Part shown: positions 31,389 to 49,874 of the stretch, piece after piece
Layout: each line of letters starts with the position of its first letter
How positions within the stretch are numbered: the first letter of the stretch is position 1
Source of the DNA: the human T2T-CHM13v2.0 reference genome, Homo sapiens
NCBI RefSeq assembly: GCF_009914755.1
Contig: NC_060932.1
DNA: 64,000 bases
Strand: one strand, 5' to 3'
Notes under the pieces: model-generated
Databases searched by the model: none
What the model saw: the letters and a program-made list of their open reading frames with translations, nothing else
What the model was told of the DNA's origin: nothing
Made by a program: the position numbers and the translations under genes

Positions 31389-32040
31389 GGAGTTCAAGAC
31401 CAGCCTGGCCAACATGGTGAAACCCCATCTCTACTAGAAACACAAAATTAGCCGGACATGCCGGTACATGCCTCTAATCTCAGGTGAGGCAGGAGAATCA
31501 CTTCAACCTGGGAGGCGGAGGTTGCAGTGACTCGAAATCACGCCACTGCACTCCAGCCTGGGCGACGCGAGCGAAACTCTGTCTCAAAAAACCAAAAAAA
31601 ATTAAACATAAAAAGAAAAGCGGTACATATACCCAATAGAACACAATTCAGCCTTAAAAAAGAAAGAAATCATCTCATTGGCAACACGAATGAGCCTAGA
31701 GGATGGTACACTGAGTGAAAGAAAGCAAAGGCCAGGCACGGTGGCTCATGCCTGTAATCCCAGTACTTTGGGAGGCCAAGGCAGGTGGAAGCGTTGAGCC
31801 CAGGAGTTGGAGATGAACCTGGGCAACATGGTGAAACCCCATCTCTAAAAGAAACACAAAAATTAGCCAAGTGTGGCGTTGGACGCCTGTAGTCCTAGCT
31901 ATTCAGGAGGCTGAAGCGGGAGGAACTCTCGACCCCGGGAGGTGGAGGCCGTGGTGAGTGAGCCGTGTTTGTGTCACTGTACTCCAGCCTGGGTGACAGA
32001 CTGAGACCCTGTCTCAAAAAATAAATAATTACATAATAAA
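31389..32040 (+). mobile_element. Alu pair, unit 3
   Basis: Copy of 7149-7800. Confidence 0.9.
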
Positions 32041-33449
32041 GATTTAAAAAGCAAGCACAAAAAGACAAATACTGCATGATCTCACTTATATGTGCAATCT
32101 CAAACAATGCAACTCATAGCTGTAGAGAGCAGAACGGTGGTTACCCGAGGCAGGGGTCAGGGAGGGACTGGAGAGATGATAGTCTCATGATACAAAATTT
32201 CAGAGAGGAATGGTTCTAGAGATCTATTGAACAGCCTGGCATCTACAGTGTATAAGTATGTATTGTATACTTGAAAATTGCTATAAGAGTAGATTTTAGA
32301 CATGTCCTCATCACATTAAAATCAGTATGTGAGGAAACGAGTGTGTTAATTAGCTTGATTTTGTCATTCCACAATGTATACACGTATGAAACATCATGTT
32401 GTATGCCATAAATATATATAATTTTTATTTGTCAAGTTAAAATTAAAATTCATATAAATTATAAAAATAAAATGAAATAACATACACTACAAAAGACGTT
32501 TATTTATTAAATCCCCACAGAAGGGGTCTGAGTGATAAAGGAAAATAAAATTCCGGGAACGGTAAAATCAATCAGAAATGCCCTACTTCAGTGCTTTCCG
32601 AAATTTGTCTGACAGAGTGGAAATCCAGTTTTTCACTAAGTCACTGTTCTGGAACAGTTTGTGTGTGTGTATGTATGTGTGTGAGGGCTCACATACACAA
32701 ATTGAACTAATGGAAGTGTAAGCATTCAAATTATCAGTTTAATTTAGTTCTATACATATACACACACACACACTCACACACCGAAAACATTGATAAAATC
32801 AGCCATTCCAGCAAAACTAGCTACTTAGTGTCTATCTCTCCTTGAAGATTCAAACTAGAAATGAGGATTTAGAGAGGCATGATGGTTCATACTCTCTTGG
32901 AGCCCAGTTCGAAGTTGACTGACTGATTCAGTCATTGTAATTGGTTGGTCTTGGGGAAGAATCCACTTTGACTCTTGGGAAGTCAGCTAGGTCAGCGGAC
33001 AGAGCAGGGGCTCTGGAGCCAGACTGCCTGCACCCGACTTCTAGCTATGATACCTTGGATAAACTACTTATCACCTGGGCTTCAGGTTCCTCATCTGTAA
33101 AATGGGGATAAGAATGCTATCTCTCTCACAACTGTTAGGAGGACTGACTGGGTTAATACGTGCAAAGTACCGAGTACATAAGAAACCAACAGCCAGTGCT
33201 CATTACAATCATTATTATTTTGGGCAAGTTAAGCCGCATGGTTTCTTTAGGTATAAAATTAGGCTTTATTTACCTACCTGTTGGGTTGTTCCAAGGATTA
33301 ATCACATAGTGTTCATGAATTCCCTTTATAAAATATTATAGAAAAGAAATATAGTTAACATTAATTGAACACCTACTATGTGCGATCGTTTTAAGGCTTG
33401 CCATGTGCTGCTTCATTCAGTCCGCACCATGACTTTAGGATCACACTTT

Positions 33450-37121
<3,672 letters not shown>

Positions 37122-37685
37122 GATCACACTTTAAAGACCAAAAGGTAGAAGCGCAAAGACGTTATCTGTCCAATATTACAAACCTAGTAAGTGGTGGAAT
37201 TTGGCCTTGAACCCAGATCTGTAACTCCAGAGCCGAAGTGCTTCACCCACCTCCCTGTGGTGCCTCTACAGAAAAAGAGGTAAGCAGGCATTCCGAAAGC
37301 TGGTGGGCCGGGGGGCTGGCCTTGTACTCAGAAGCCATGGAAGTCCCACGTGGGGTGGCTAGTGGTGTAAGGACAGAGGTCTCGGATGGGCAGAGGGATG
37401 TGGACAGGCGCGAGGGCGCGCGGCAGGGACTCGGGGGACTGGGAGTGGCGGCTCGGGGCTGCGGGAGGCGATTGGTGGAAGGACAGAGGTCTGGGAGGGG
37501 CAGAGGGATGTGGACAGGCCCGAGGGGCCGCGGCAGGGATTCCGGGGGACCGGGAGTGGGGGGTTGGGGTTACTCTTGGCTTTTTGCCCTCTCCTGCCGC
37601 CGGCTGCTCCAGTTTCTTTCGCTTTGCGGCGAGGTGGGCAGGGTGAGCTCTCGGGACTGATGGCGGTTTTGGGAGAGGCCTGGGG

Positions 37686-39713
37686 CTAAGGACAGGCCAG
37701 GGCGGCGGGAGAGGCGGACCGGTGGCGTGGCTGGATCTGGGCGCGCTGTCGGACCTTCCACATCACCAGCTGCAGGCAGGCGTTTGCGTCCTCGCTGGAG
37801 TTGTGGCCGTCCTGGCTGTCCTGGATGATCTGTGCCAGGTAGTCGGCCGCGAGATTCCTGAGGGAGCGCTTGTAGGGGAAACCCAGGTAGTGCGGGAAGA
37901 GCACGGCCGTGTCCACCACGGTGCTGTGGATGAGCTTCAGGGCCAGCAGGTCGCTCTCCAGGCTGTGCCCGATGAGGATGGTTTGGGCGCTGAAAAAGCT
38001 CAGCAGGATGGCTTGGACTTGGGGCAACGTGATGCTCGTCTTGGCGACGTCGGCCTCGGTGACTCCGGAAAACCTGGTGTTGTAGTCCACGATCTCGTTG
38101 TCGGGCTTGACGAAGGTGTCGTACACCACTCGCATGTCGGCGTCCACCACGGTGACGCGGGTCAGCTCTAGGCCATGCGTGGTGTAGCACATCTCACAGT
38201 CCAAGGCGTAGATTCCTGGATAAGCGTCTCTGGACAACTCTTTCTTGAAGGTCTCCACGAAGCCATCGAGGCTCTCCTTGCGGCCGTCCCGCACGTGCTG
38301 CTTTGCCACCTGGCAGCCCACAGAGCCAGGAGCAGCTGCACAGCAGGTGTACTGGCTAACCCGGCCTCCAGCCACCTGGCTCGAGCGGACCCGCCCCCAG
38401 TGATAATAACACAACTGGTCGCGTACACAGCGGCCCGAGGAGGACACCAGGTACTCGGTGCCACAACGGCAGCAGACCCTGCAGGAGGAGTCGCCGGGCC
38501 CCTTCCCCTGGCCAGTGAAGAGGACGGCGCCTCCGGGCCGCTCGGGGTGCGGGAAGGGGTAGCCGTTCTCCTTGAGCTGGTCCTGGGTGAGCAGGAACTC
38601 CTGGAGGCGGCTGTACAGGGCGGCCCTGCTGAGGCCGGGCATGGAGCTGGGGGTCAGGCCCTTCAGTCTCTTGAGGGTGTTCAGGACCACGTTCAGGTAC
38701 CTGTTCTTGTTGGGGCTGCAGTCGTAGGCCACCTTCTCCTCGTTCAGCGCCTTCTCCTCGGCCTCCTGCTTGGAGGCGCAGAACTTGAGACACTCTTCGG
38801 TGAACAGTTGGAGATAGCCTCGGCGGAGGACGGTGGGGACTTGGCACCCAGAGCTTCGGAGGATAATGGGTTTCTTCAAACTCAAACTCGGTAAGGATGC
38901 ACGACGGACGATTCGCTTAGAGCTGGTGGTGGCGGTGGTCTTGCATGCCATCCCTGACCTGTTGCGCGTCTTCCCTGGTTGTCTGCCGACCTTGGAGCCA
39001 CGGGAGCGTTGGCTGCTGCTGGCCACCCGGGTTCTCTTGGCATCTGTGTAACCTGTGACCAAGCAAGGGCTGGAAGAGTGGGCGATCGTCTTCCTCTTCC
39101 TGGGGGCTGAGATGCGGACTCCCGAGGGCCTCTCTGTCAGCCTTGGGGCGGCTGGCAAGCGGCAGGCCGATCCCCTCTGCGCAGGGAAGTAGCACGACTC
39201 CGTCACCATCTTGGGCCACGCTGGGGGCACCGCCGGACCCCTGTTCTGGGGCTCCGCCTGGATGTCCACAAATGCTGAGGCCTGCTTGTGCATCTGGGGC
39301 ACCCAGAGCCCGAAGCTCTGGGCAGGCTGATGAGAGGGCAGTGGGAATTCTGGAGCCTCGAGGGCCGCCTCCTCGGCCACCTTCTTAGCTTCTGGGTATC
39401 CAGGTGGGAACCAGCAGGGAGCTGTGGCTCGCAACATCTTGCTGCCTTCGGGAGCACCGGCCGGGCTCTGCTCCGCTCCCAAATGGCGGCTTGCCTCCGG
39501 GGCCGCCTCCTTGGCCACCTTCTTAGCTTCTGGGTATCCAGGGCGGAACCAGCAGGGAGCTGTGGCTCGCAACATCTTGCTGCCTTCGGGAGCACCGGCC
39601 TGGCTCTGCTCCCCTCCCAAATGGCGGCTTGCCTCCAGGGCCGCCTCCTCGGCCACCTTCTTAGCTTCTGGGTATCCAGGGGGGAACCAGCAGGGAGCTG
39701 TGGCTCGCAACAT
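37686..39713 (-). CDS. REXO1L1: REXO1L/GOR exonuclease retrogene, copy 4 (675 aa)
   Basis: Identical protein. One synonymous change (CAG>CAA) at 38979. Confidence 0.88.
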   Translation of the reverse strand: MLRATAPCWFPPGYPEAKKVAEEAALEASRHLGGEQSQAGAPEGSKMLRATAPCWFRPGYPEAKKVAKEAAPEASRHLGAEQSPAGAPEGSKMLRATAPCWFPPGYPEAKKVAEEAALEAPEFPLPSHQPAQSFGLWVPQMHKQASAFVDIQAEPQNRGPAVPPAWPKMVTESCYFPAQRGSACRLPAAPRLTERPSGVRISAPRKRKTIAHSSSPCLVTGYTDAKRTRVASSSQRSRGSKVGRQPGKTRNRSGMACKTTATTSSKRIVRRASLPSLSLKKPIILRSSGCQVPTVLRRGYLQLFTEECLKFCASKQEAEEKALNEEKVAYDCSPNKNRYLNVVLNTLKRLKGLTPSSMPGLSRAALYSRLQEFLLTQDQLKENGYPFPHPERPGGAVLFTGQGKGPGDSSCRVCCRCGTEYLVSSSGRCVRDQLCYYHWGRVRSSQVAGGRVSQYTCCAAAPGSVGCQVAKQHVRDGRKESLDGFVETFKKELSRDAYPGIYALDCEMCYTTHGLELTRVTVVDADMRVVYDTFVKPDNEIVDYNTRFSGVTEADVAKTSITLPQVQAILLSFFSAQTILIGHSLESDLLALKLIHSTVVDTAVLFPHYLGFPYKRSLRNLAADYLAQIIQDSQDGHNSSEDANACLQLVMWKVRQRAQIQPRHRSASPAALACP

Positions 39714-39769
39714 CTTGCTGCCTTCGGGAGCACCGGCCTGGCTCTGCTCCTCTCCCAACTGGCGGCTTC

Positions 39770-39930
39770 AATGAGTGCTGCGGCCGCCACTTGTCGCCTT
39801 TATATAGGCACAGGGCAGACTGGGTGGGACTTCTCCTTGATAGGTTGGTGCTTCAGTCCAATCACACTGAGCCTCATCTTCCACCAGACTCCAGCTTGGG
39901 AATGCCTCAGGGGGTGCGCTAATGGAATCA
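39770..39930 (-). promoter_or_regulatory. Putative REXO1L core promoter, copy 4
   Basis: Same motifs as copy 1. Confidence 0.68.
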
Positions 39931-40251
39931 ACTGGAACTCCCGGTTGCTAAACTTGGAGCTAGGTTGCTTTTCCTGAGTTAAGTAACTGTCCCTGCAGGG
40001 CAGTCCTATAATGGCTACTGGAATTGGGCTACCTAGGATTAAATTAAGGTTCAGGGAGGTTGGTCAACTTGCTTGGGCCCACACAGCACCCCTTGGAGCC
40101 AGGACTGGGCCAGCAGTCTGCTGCATGCTGGAGGGCGGGATCCCTCTGGGGCTGCCTTTCCCTGCTCTGTGCACTCCGCCGCTGCGGGCAAATTGAGGAC
40201 AGGAAGCGGACCGCACCCACTTCTCTCCCAGGACTTGGGCAATGTTCAACA

Positions 40252-41140
40252 CAGGTGGTCTTCCAAAGGTTCATAGAAAATGCACATGGTGAAGAAACTA
40301 TGCATGGATTTCCACTGGTTTGCACTAAAATAAACTTGTCCTAACTTCTGATAACCTTTCTGAACTAGATCTAGTTTGAGGCACTAAGAAGGATGAGACA
40401 TCCACTGAAAAGGACTCCCGTCAGAGCAACATGAATTCCACGAAAATTGCAGCAAGAGGAAACATCAAATTTATGGTGAAGCTTGGGTGGAAGATTGAAG
40501 AAATCATTGACGTTTTAAGAAAAGCTTGTAAGGACACTACCCCAAAGAAATGAACTCTTTACGAATGTATAGCTTGTTTCAAGAAGAGGTGAGAAGATGT
40601 GGAAGATGAATCCTGCAGTGGCTGTGAAAACCACTGTGCCCAGATGAGCTGCAGTTACGACGAGAGCTATCAGTGGAAATTTTAAACAGGAGGGATCACG
40701 ATCCTGACGCATCCCTCTGACAAATTGTAAGCGGAAGTTGGAACATGGCTTCACCAATATGATCTCGAAGGCAAAGCATCATGAAAGCGATGGCTACCAA
40801 GAGGTGGCAGTGGTCCAGTCAAAGGAAAAGGAGGCCAGTCAGGAGCCCACATCATGGCATCAGTGTTTTGGGACACTCAAGGCATTTTGCTTGTTGACTT
40901 TCTGAAAGGCCAAACATCTGCTTATTAGGAGAGTGTTCTGAGAAGCTTAGATAAAGCTTTGGTAGAAACATGCTGGGAAAGTCTCACTAGATCCTTGTTC
41001 ACCACATCAATGCTCTGCTCATTCCTCTCATCAAACAAGGGCAATTTTGTCAGTTTCAATGGGCAGTCCTTAGGAATTCACCTTACGGGCTGCTTTCATT
41101 CCTTCTAAATTCTTTTTGTTTCCTAATGATAAAAAGTCTC
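40252..41140 (+). mobile_element. HSMAR2 remnant, unit 4
   Basis: Copy of 3822-4710. Confidence 0.85.
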
Positions 41141-43578
41141 CTTGCCTTGCTTGGAAAGATGAGAGAAAGTCTCCTTGCCTTGTTTGGACAGATGAGAGAT
41201 GAGATCCTCCTCTTCTCTCCCAGGACAGAATGGTGAGACTTGAGTTTCCTTTCTCCTCACTCTTCTCCTCCTTGAGGGAGCTGCTGTGCCGGACAGACCT
41301 GCCCCCGTGTCTAGACACTGGTAGACTCGTTTAAGTTCCTCACAGGCAATCCTCCATGGGGTCAAAGTGGAAGGACTTATTTCTTCAGGGCTCAGTAGTC
41401 CACATCCTGGCGCGCACCTTCACCAGCCCAGGGCGGGGTAGAGGAGGGTGAAAGGGCGTGGCTCAGAGCCCGCTTCTTCCGCTCGGGCGTATCCTGGGAG
41501 GAACCCTTGTCCGGTGAGCATGTCTTCGTCTCTACCAAATTCCCTAGTGGGACATTTCTGGCAGCCCTACTTGTTCAGCAGCTTACGGGGGTCAGGTGGA
41601 CCTCTGCTAGTCACCAGCCTGAAGCCCTTTCTCCATTTCAGCTATTTTGGCAGTTGCCTAGGTGACTTTTGAACCTCATTATCCAGAACAGCAAACGGAC
41701 GAGGGGTGAGAAGAGTGGCCGTCTGGGTTTGCAGCATAGTGCCGCCTTCTAGGAGTTGTGCAGTCTTCGATTGTGTGAAACTTCACCTGGCTGATTTGTG
41801 GCAATGCCTCCACAAATTCGCTAAATTCAGTAGCTTTTGCCTTCCAAGATTCATTTACACAATGTTGAATGCTTTAAATGAATGAGCATGAAGAGTGCTG
41901 GGCTGGAAAGTGATGAGATGGGTGGTAGGGACTCCTCGGAGTAGAGGAGTAGAGTTTTACTATTATGACTAGGAGGCAAATAAAAAGAAGCTGAACGTGA
42001 TCCATAATAAAAGAAGCACACACTCACAGAGCTCCATACCAACTACATTAAAATGGAAATCATGATATTTGGAAATACAACTTAATTGGAAATCATTAAG
42101 TAATCTCATCAACCTTTTTACAGTGGGTGGCAGGGCTATGGAGGGAAAACAGCAATGGTTCTGGCACCTACTTAACTTGATTCCATTAAATTCACCCAAC
42201 AGGCCTCCAGAGAACATATTACTGCTTTGATATTACAAAGGGAAAAACAGCTATGGCGTCTCTGAAAAGCACAACGTGCTAGGACTGGAATGACTTTAAA
42301 ACCACACATAAATTTCTGAGAGATTTTTGCCATAAGGTACCATCCACCTTACTGTAAACCACATCCTAAAATTGTCTGCAGTGCAAATGGATTATGTGCA
42401 TCCAACAGGAAACAGCATAGGTTGAGAAGCTGTTACTTAATAGCTTCATTGTCACCACGAGTGTAAAGTGTGGGGTCTCATCACTTTTGCACCCACGTTT
42501 TGCCTGTTGGTTTCTCCACACTGTCAGGAGCATTTGACCAACTCACTGTGGCTCAGGGTCCCTTACGCAGCCTGTTGGGGAAACCAGTGGGTATTGAAGA
42601 CCTGCCTCTGGTGTGCCAGGAGGTTGTGCCTGCCGGCCACTCTGACTTGCGATCTTCCGCCTCAGTGTATGGCTTCCTACACCTGGGTAATTAACATAGC
42701 CAGCATGATAAGGAGGTCCTTTCATCACTATTGCCACTAGTCCTTCCGACTCCTGTGCCCTGTTTCTCCTTTATTGGAACCCAAGAACGAGTAAACATAG
42801 CATTTTCAAACATCCCGCCCCCTTCCCTGGTAACACCAATATTCCACCATCCTAATTCCCTCACAAGCATTGAGTCTCTCCACCCTGAGGTGGTGAAATC
42901 CCTGCAGGCATTTATAAGTATACCTGGACAGAAGAAATACAAGATACCGTTCTATTAACTCAATATAGTGTTGCTAAGTTCGTACTTGTGCTTGGTTTAT
43001 GTTATTTTATAAATACGTATCACTCGCATGGTTCCAAATGCGCTAGGCACAGAGAGTATATATGATGGAATTACATCCTCCTTCCCTGCACTCAGCAACC
43101 GAGATCTTCCCGCTACGGGCACTCAAAGGTTTCATTGTCTGAAATATCAGCCTAAACGTAGTTTATGTTTAGGAAGCAACAACCGTAAATAGGCCCACAT
43201 CCAAACGGAGTGGATTTAGGTTTCACTTTTTCAAGGAAAAACCATCAAAGAATTTTTCCACATACTTATAAAGCATCCCACGTATAGAATCCATTTTTAC
43301 TGACACAAATTTAGTACCAATAAACGACTCTTCTTCTCAATTTGTTTTATTTAACAATAAGTCTTGAACGTCATTCCCAGTTAACATTTTGAAGAGTTTC
43401 CTCTCTTTCGTTCTGTTTTAGCTGCAAAGTATTCTTCCGTAAGGATGAACGTACTATAATTTATTAGCCAGCCACTTAGTGATGTACAATTAAGCAGTTT
43501 TAAATCTTTGACTCTTGAAAATATTGTTTCTCACACATAAATATTTCTATAAAATAAATTAGTTGAATTAGAATTGTT

Positions 43579-44230
43579 GGAGTTCAAGACCAGCCTGGCC
43601 AACATGGTGAAACCCCATCTCTACTAGAAACACAAAATTAGCCGGACATGCCGGTACATGCCTCTAATCTCAGGTGAGGCAGGAGAATCACTTCAACCTG
43701 GGAGGCAGAGGTTGTAGTGACTCGAAATCACGCCACTGCACTCCAGCCTGGGCGACGCGAGCGAAACTCTGTCTCAAAAAACCAAAAAAAATTAAACATA
43801 AAAAGAAAAGCGGTACATATACCCAATAGAACACAATTCAGCCTTAAAAAAGAAAGAAATCATCTCATTGGCAACACGAATGAGCCTAGAGGATGGTACA
43901 CTGAGTGAAAGAAAGCAAAGGCCAGGCACGGTGGCTCATGCCTGTAATCCCAGTACTTTGGGAGGCCAAGGCAGGTGGAAGCGTTGAGCCCAGGAGTTGG
44001 AGATGAACCTGGGCAACATGGTGAAACCCCATCTCTAAAAGAAACACAAAAATTAGCCAAGTGTGGCGTTGGAAGCCTGTAGTCCTAGCTATTCAGGAGG
44101 CTGAAGCGGGAGGAACTCTCGACCCCGGGAGGTGGAGGCCGTGGTGAGTGAGCCGTGTTTGTGTCACTGTACTCCAGCCTGGGTGACAGACTGAGACCCT
44201 GTCTCAAAAAATAAATAATTACATAATAAA
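43579..44230 (+). mobile_element. Alu pair, unit 4
   Basis: Copy of 7149-7800. Confidence 0.9.
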
Positions 44231-45638
44231 GATTTAAAAAGCAAGCACAAAAAGACAAATACTGCATGATCTCACTTATATGTGCAATCTCAAACAATGC
44301 AACTCATAGCTGTAGAGAGCAGAACGGTGGTTACCCGAGGCAGGGGTCAGGGAGGGACTGGAGAGATGATAGTCTCATGATACAAAATTTCAGAGAGGAA
44401 TGGTTCTAGAGATCTATTGAACAGCCTGGCATCTACAGTGTATAAGTATGTATTGTATACTTGAAAATTGCTATAAGAGTAGATTTTAGACATGTCCTCA
44501 TCACATTAAAATCAGTATGTGAGGAAACGAGTGTGTTAATTAGCTTGATTTTGTCATTCCACAATGTATACACGTATGAAACATCATGTTGTATGCCATA
44601 AATATATATAATTTTTATTTGTCAAGTTAAAATTAAAATTCATATAAATTATAAAAATAAAATGAAACAACATACACTACAAAAGACTTTTATTTATTAA
44701 ATCCCCACAGAAGGGGTCAGAGTGATAAAGGAAAATAAAATTCCGGGAACGGTAAAATCAATCAGAAATGCCCTACTTCAGTGCTTTCGAAATTTGTCTG
44801 ACAGAGTGGAAATCCAGTTTTTCACTAAGTCACTGTTCTGGAACAGTTTGTGTGTGTGTATGTATGTGTGTGAGGGCTCACATACACAAATTGAACTAAT
44901 GGAAGTGTAAGCATTCAAATTATCAGTTTAATTTAGTTCTATACATATACACACACACACACTCACACACCGAAAACATTGATAAAATCAGCCATTCCAG
45001 CAAAACTAGCTACTTAGTGTCTATCTCTCCTTGAAGATTCAAACTAGAAATGAGGATTTAGAGAGGCATGATGGTTCGTTCTCTCTTGGAGCCCAGTTCG
45101 AAGTTGACTGACTGATTCAGTCATTGTAATTGGTTGGTCTTGGGGAAGAATCCACTTTGACTCTTGGGAAGTCAGCTAGGTCAGCGGACAGAGCAGGGGC
45201 TCTGGAGCCAGACTGCCTGCACCCGACTTCTAGCTATGATACCTTGGAAAAACTACTTATCACCTGGGCTTCAGGTTCCTCATCTGTAAAATGGGGATAA
45301 GAATGCTATCTCTCTCACAACTGTTAGGAGGACTGACTGGGTTAATACGTGCAAAGTACCAAGTACATAAGAAACCAACAGCCAGTGCTCATTACAATCA
45401 TTATTATTTTGGGCAAGTTAAGCCGCATGGTTTCTTTAGGTATAAAATTAGGCTTTATTTACCTACCTGTTGGGTTGTTCCAAGGATTAATCACATAGTG
45501 TTCATGAATTCCCTTTATAAACTATTATAGAAAAGAAATATAGTTAACATTAATTGAACACCTACTATGTGCGATCGTTTTAAGGCTTGCCATGTGCTGC
45601 TTCATTCAGTCCGCACCATGACATTAGGATCACACTTT

Positions 45639-48600
45639 CGTTTTCCATTTTTTTTTAAATTATACTTTAATTACTAGGGCACATGTGCACAACGTGCAGG
45701 TTTATTACGTATGTAAGCACGTGCCATGTTGGTGTGCTGCACCCATTCACTAGTCATTTACATTAGGTATATCTCTTAATGTTATCCCTCCCCCTCCCCC
45801 CGCCCATGACAGGCCCCGGTGTGTGATGTTCCCCTTTCTGCGTCCAAGTGTTCTCCTAGTTCAATTCCCACCTATGAGTGGGATCACGCGGTGTTTGGTT
45901 TTTTTGTCTTTGCGATAGTTTGCTAAGAATGATGGTTTCCAGCTTCATCCGTGTCCCTCCGAAGGGCATGAACACATGCTTTTTTATGGCTGCATAGTAT
46001 TCCACGGTGTATTTGTGCCACGTTTCCTTAATCCAGTCTATCATTGATGGACATCTGGGCTGGTTCCAAGTCTTTGCTACTGTGAACGGTGCCGCAATAA
46101 ACATGCGTCTGCGTGTGTCCTTTTAGCAGCATGATTTATAGTCCTATGGGTGTATACCCAGTAATGGGACGGCTGGGTCAAATGGTATTTCTAATTCTAG
46201 ATCCTTGAGGATTCGCCACACTATCTTCCACAACCGCTGAACTGGTTTACAGTCCCACCAGCAGTGTAAAAGTGTTCCTATTTCTCCACTACCTCTCCAG
46301 CACCTGTTGTTTCCTGACTTTTTTATTGATCGCTATTGTAACTGTTGTGAGACGATATCTCTTTGCGGATTTGATTTGCATTTCTCTGATGACCAGTGTT
46401 GATGGGCATTTTTTCATGTGTCTGTTGGCTGCATAAATGTCTTCTTTTTAGAAGTGTCTCTTCATATCCTTCCCGCACTTGTTGATGGGGTTGTTTGGTT
46501 TTTCTTGTAACTCTGTTTGAGTTCTTAGTAGATTCTGGATATTAGCCCTTTGTCAGATGAGTAGATTGCAAAAATTTTCTCCCTTTCTGTAGCATGCCTG
46601 TTCACTCTGATGGGAGTTTCTTTAGCTGTGCAGAAACTCTTTAGTGTAATTAGATGCCGTTTGTCAATATTGGCTTTTGTTGCCTTTGCTTTTGGCGTTT
46701 TAGACATGAGGTCCTTGCCCATGCCTGTGTCCTGAATGGTATTGCCTAGGTTTTCTCCTAGGGTTTGTATGGCTTAAGATGTAACATTTAAGTCTGTCAT
46801 CCGTCTTGAATAAACTTTTGCATAAGGTGTAAGGAAGGGATCCAATTTCACCTTCGGACATATGGCTAGCCAGTTTTCCCAGCACCATTTATTAAATAGG
46901 GAATCCTTTCCCTATTTCTTGTTTTTGTCAGGTTTGTCAAAGATCCGACGGTTGTAGATGTGTCGTATTATTTCTGAGGGCTCTATTCTGTTCCATTGGT
47001 CTACAGTAACCAAAAAGGCAACCAACAGCATGCTGTTTGGTTACTGTAGGCTTGTAGTGTAGTTTGAAGTCGGGTAGCTTGATGCCTCCACCTTTGTTCT
47101 TTTGGCTTAGGATTATCTTGGCAGTGGGGGCCCTTTTGTGGTTCCATGTAAACTTTCAAGTAGTTTTTTCCAATTCTGTGAAGAAAGTCCTTGGTAGCTT
47201 GATGGGGATGGCATTGGATCTATAATATACCTTGGGCAGTATGGCCATTTTCACGATACTGATTCTTCCTAACCGTGAGCATGGAATATTCTTCCATTGG
47301 TTTGTGTCCTCTTTTATTTCGTGGAGCAGTGGTTTGTAGTTCTCCTTGAAGAGGTCCTTCGCACATCGCATCCCTTGTTAGTTGGATTCCTCAGTATTTT
47401 ATTCTCTTTGAAGCAATTGTGAATGGGAGCTCAGTCATGATTTGGCTCTCTGTTTGCCTGTTATTGGTGTATGAGAATGCTTGTGTTTTTTGCACATCGA
47501 TTTTGTATCCTGAGACTTTGCTGAAGTTGCTTATCAGCTTAAGGAGATTTTGGGCTGAGACGCTGGGGTTTTCTAAATATTCAATCATGTCATCTACAAA
47601 CAGGGACAATTTGACTTCCTCTTTTCCTAATTGATTACTCTTTATTTCTTTCTCCTGCCTGATTGCCCTGGCCAGAAGTTCCAACACCATGTTGAATAGG
47701 AGTGGTGAGAGAGGGCACCCCTGTCTTGTGGCAGTTTGCAAAGGGAATGCTTCCACTTTTTGCCCATTCAGTATAATATTGGCTGTGGGTTTGCCCTAAA
47801 TAGCCCTTATTATTTTGAGGTATGTCCCATCAGTACCTAATTTATTGAGAGTTTTTGGCATGAAAGGCTGTTGAATTTTGTCAAAGGCCTTTTCTGCATC
47901 TGTTGAGATAATCACGCGGTTTCTGTCTTTGGTTCCGATTATATGCTGGATTATGTTTATTGATTTGCATATGTTGGACCAGCCTTGCATGTCAGGGATG
48001 AAGCCCACTTGATCATAATGGATAAGCTCTTTGATGTGCTGCTGGATTCGGTTTGCCAGCATTTTATGGAGGATTTTTCCATCGGTGTTCCTCAGGGATA
48101 TGGGCCGAAAATTCTCTTTGTTGGTTGTGTCTCTCTCAGCCTTTGGGATCAGGATGATGCTGGCCTCATAAAATGAGATAGGGAGGATTCCCTCTTTTTC
48201 TGTTGATTGGAATAGTTTCCGAAGGAATGGTACCAGCTCCTCCTTGTACTTCTGGTAGAATTCGGCTGTGAATCCGTCTGGTCCTGGAGTTTTATTGCTT
48301 GATAGGCTATTAATTATTGCCTCAATTTCAGAGCCTGTTATTGGTCTATTCAGGCATTCAACTTCTTCCTGGTTTACTCTGGGGAGGTTGCATGTGTCCA
48401 GGAATTTATTCATTTCTTCTAGATTTCCGAGTTTGTTTGCCTAGAGGTGTTGACAGTATTCTCTCATGGTAGTTTGTACTTCTGTGGGATCAGTGGTGAT
48501 ATCCCCTTTATCATTTTTTATTGCATCTGCTTGATTCTTCTTCCTTTCATTCTTTAATAGTCTTGCTAGTGGTCTATCAATTTTGTTGATGGTTTCAAAA

Positions 48601-49310
48601 AACCCGCTCCTGGATTCATTGATTTTTTGAAGGGTTTTTTGGGTCTCTATCTCCTTCAGTTCTGCTCGGATCTTAGTTATTTCTTGCCTTCTGCTAGCTT
48701 TTGAATGTGTTTGCTCTTGCTTCTCTCATCCTTTTAATGGTGATGTTAGGGTATGCATTTTTGATCTTTCCTGCTTTCCCTTGTGGGCATTTAGTGCTAT
48801 AAATTTCCCTCTACACACTGCTTAAAATGTGTCCCAGAGATTCTGGTATGTTGTGTCTTTGTTCTCATTGCTTTCAGAGAATATCTTTATTTCTGCCTTC
48901 ATTTCGTTATGTACCCAGTACTCATTCAGGAGCAGCTTGTCCGGTTTCCATGCAGTTGTGCGGTTTTGAGTGAGTTTCTCAATCCTGAGGTCTAGTGTGA
49001 TTGCAATGTGGTCTGAGAGACCGTTTGTAATAATTTCTGTAATTTTACTTTTACTGAGGAGTGCTTTACTTCCAACTATGTGGTCAATGTGGAAATAAGT
49101 GTGATGTGGTGCTGAGAAGAATGTATATTCTGTTGATTTGGGGTGGAGCGTTCTGTACATGTCTCCTAGGTCCGCTTGGTGCAGAGCTGAGCTCAATTCC
49201 CGGATATCCTTTTTTAACTTTCTGTCTCGTTGGTGTGTCTAATGTTGACAGTGGGGTGTTAAGTTTGCCATTATTATTATTATTACTATGTGGGAGTCTA
49301 AGTCTCTTTT
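45639..49310 (-). mobile_element. 5'-truncated L1PA, unit 4
   Basis: Same element and same TSD. Confidence 0.95.
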
Positions 49311-49874
49311 GATCACACTTTAAAGACCAAAAGGTAGAAGCGCAAAGACGTTATCTGTCCAATATTACAAACCTAGTAAGTGGTGGAATTTGGCCTTGAA
49401 CCCAGATCTGTAACTCCAGAGCCGAAGTGCTTCACCCACCTCCCTGTGGTGCCTCTACAGAAAAAGAGGTAAGCAGGCATTCCGAAAGCTGGTGGGCCGG
49501 GGGGCTGGCCTTGTACTCAGAAGCCATGGAAGTCCCACGTGGGGTGGCTAGTGGTGTAAGGACAGAGGTCTCGGATGGGCAGAGGGATGTGGACAGGCGC
49601 GAGGGCGCGCGGCAGGGACTCGGGGGACTGGGAGTGGCGGCTCGGGGCTGCGGGAGGCGATTGGTGGAAGGACAGAGGTCTGGGAGGGGCAGAGGGATGT
49701 GGACAGGCCCGAGGGGCCGCGGCAGGGATTCCGGGGGACCGGGAGTGGGGGGTTGGGGTTACTCTTGGCTTTTTGCCCTCTCCTGCCGCCGGCTGCTCCA
49801 GTTTCTTTCGCTTTGCGGCGAGGTGGGCAGGGTGAGCTCTCGGGACTGATGGCGGTTTTGGAAGAGGCCTGGGG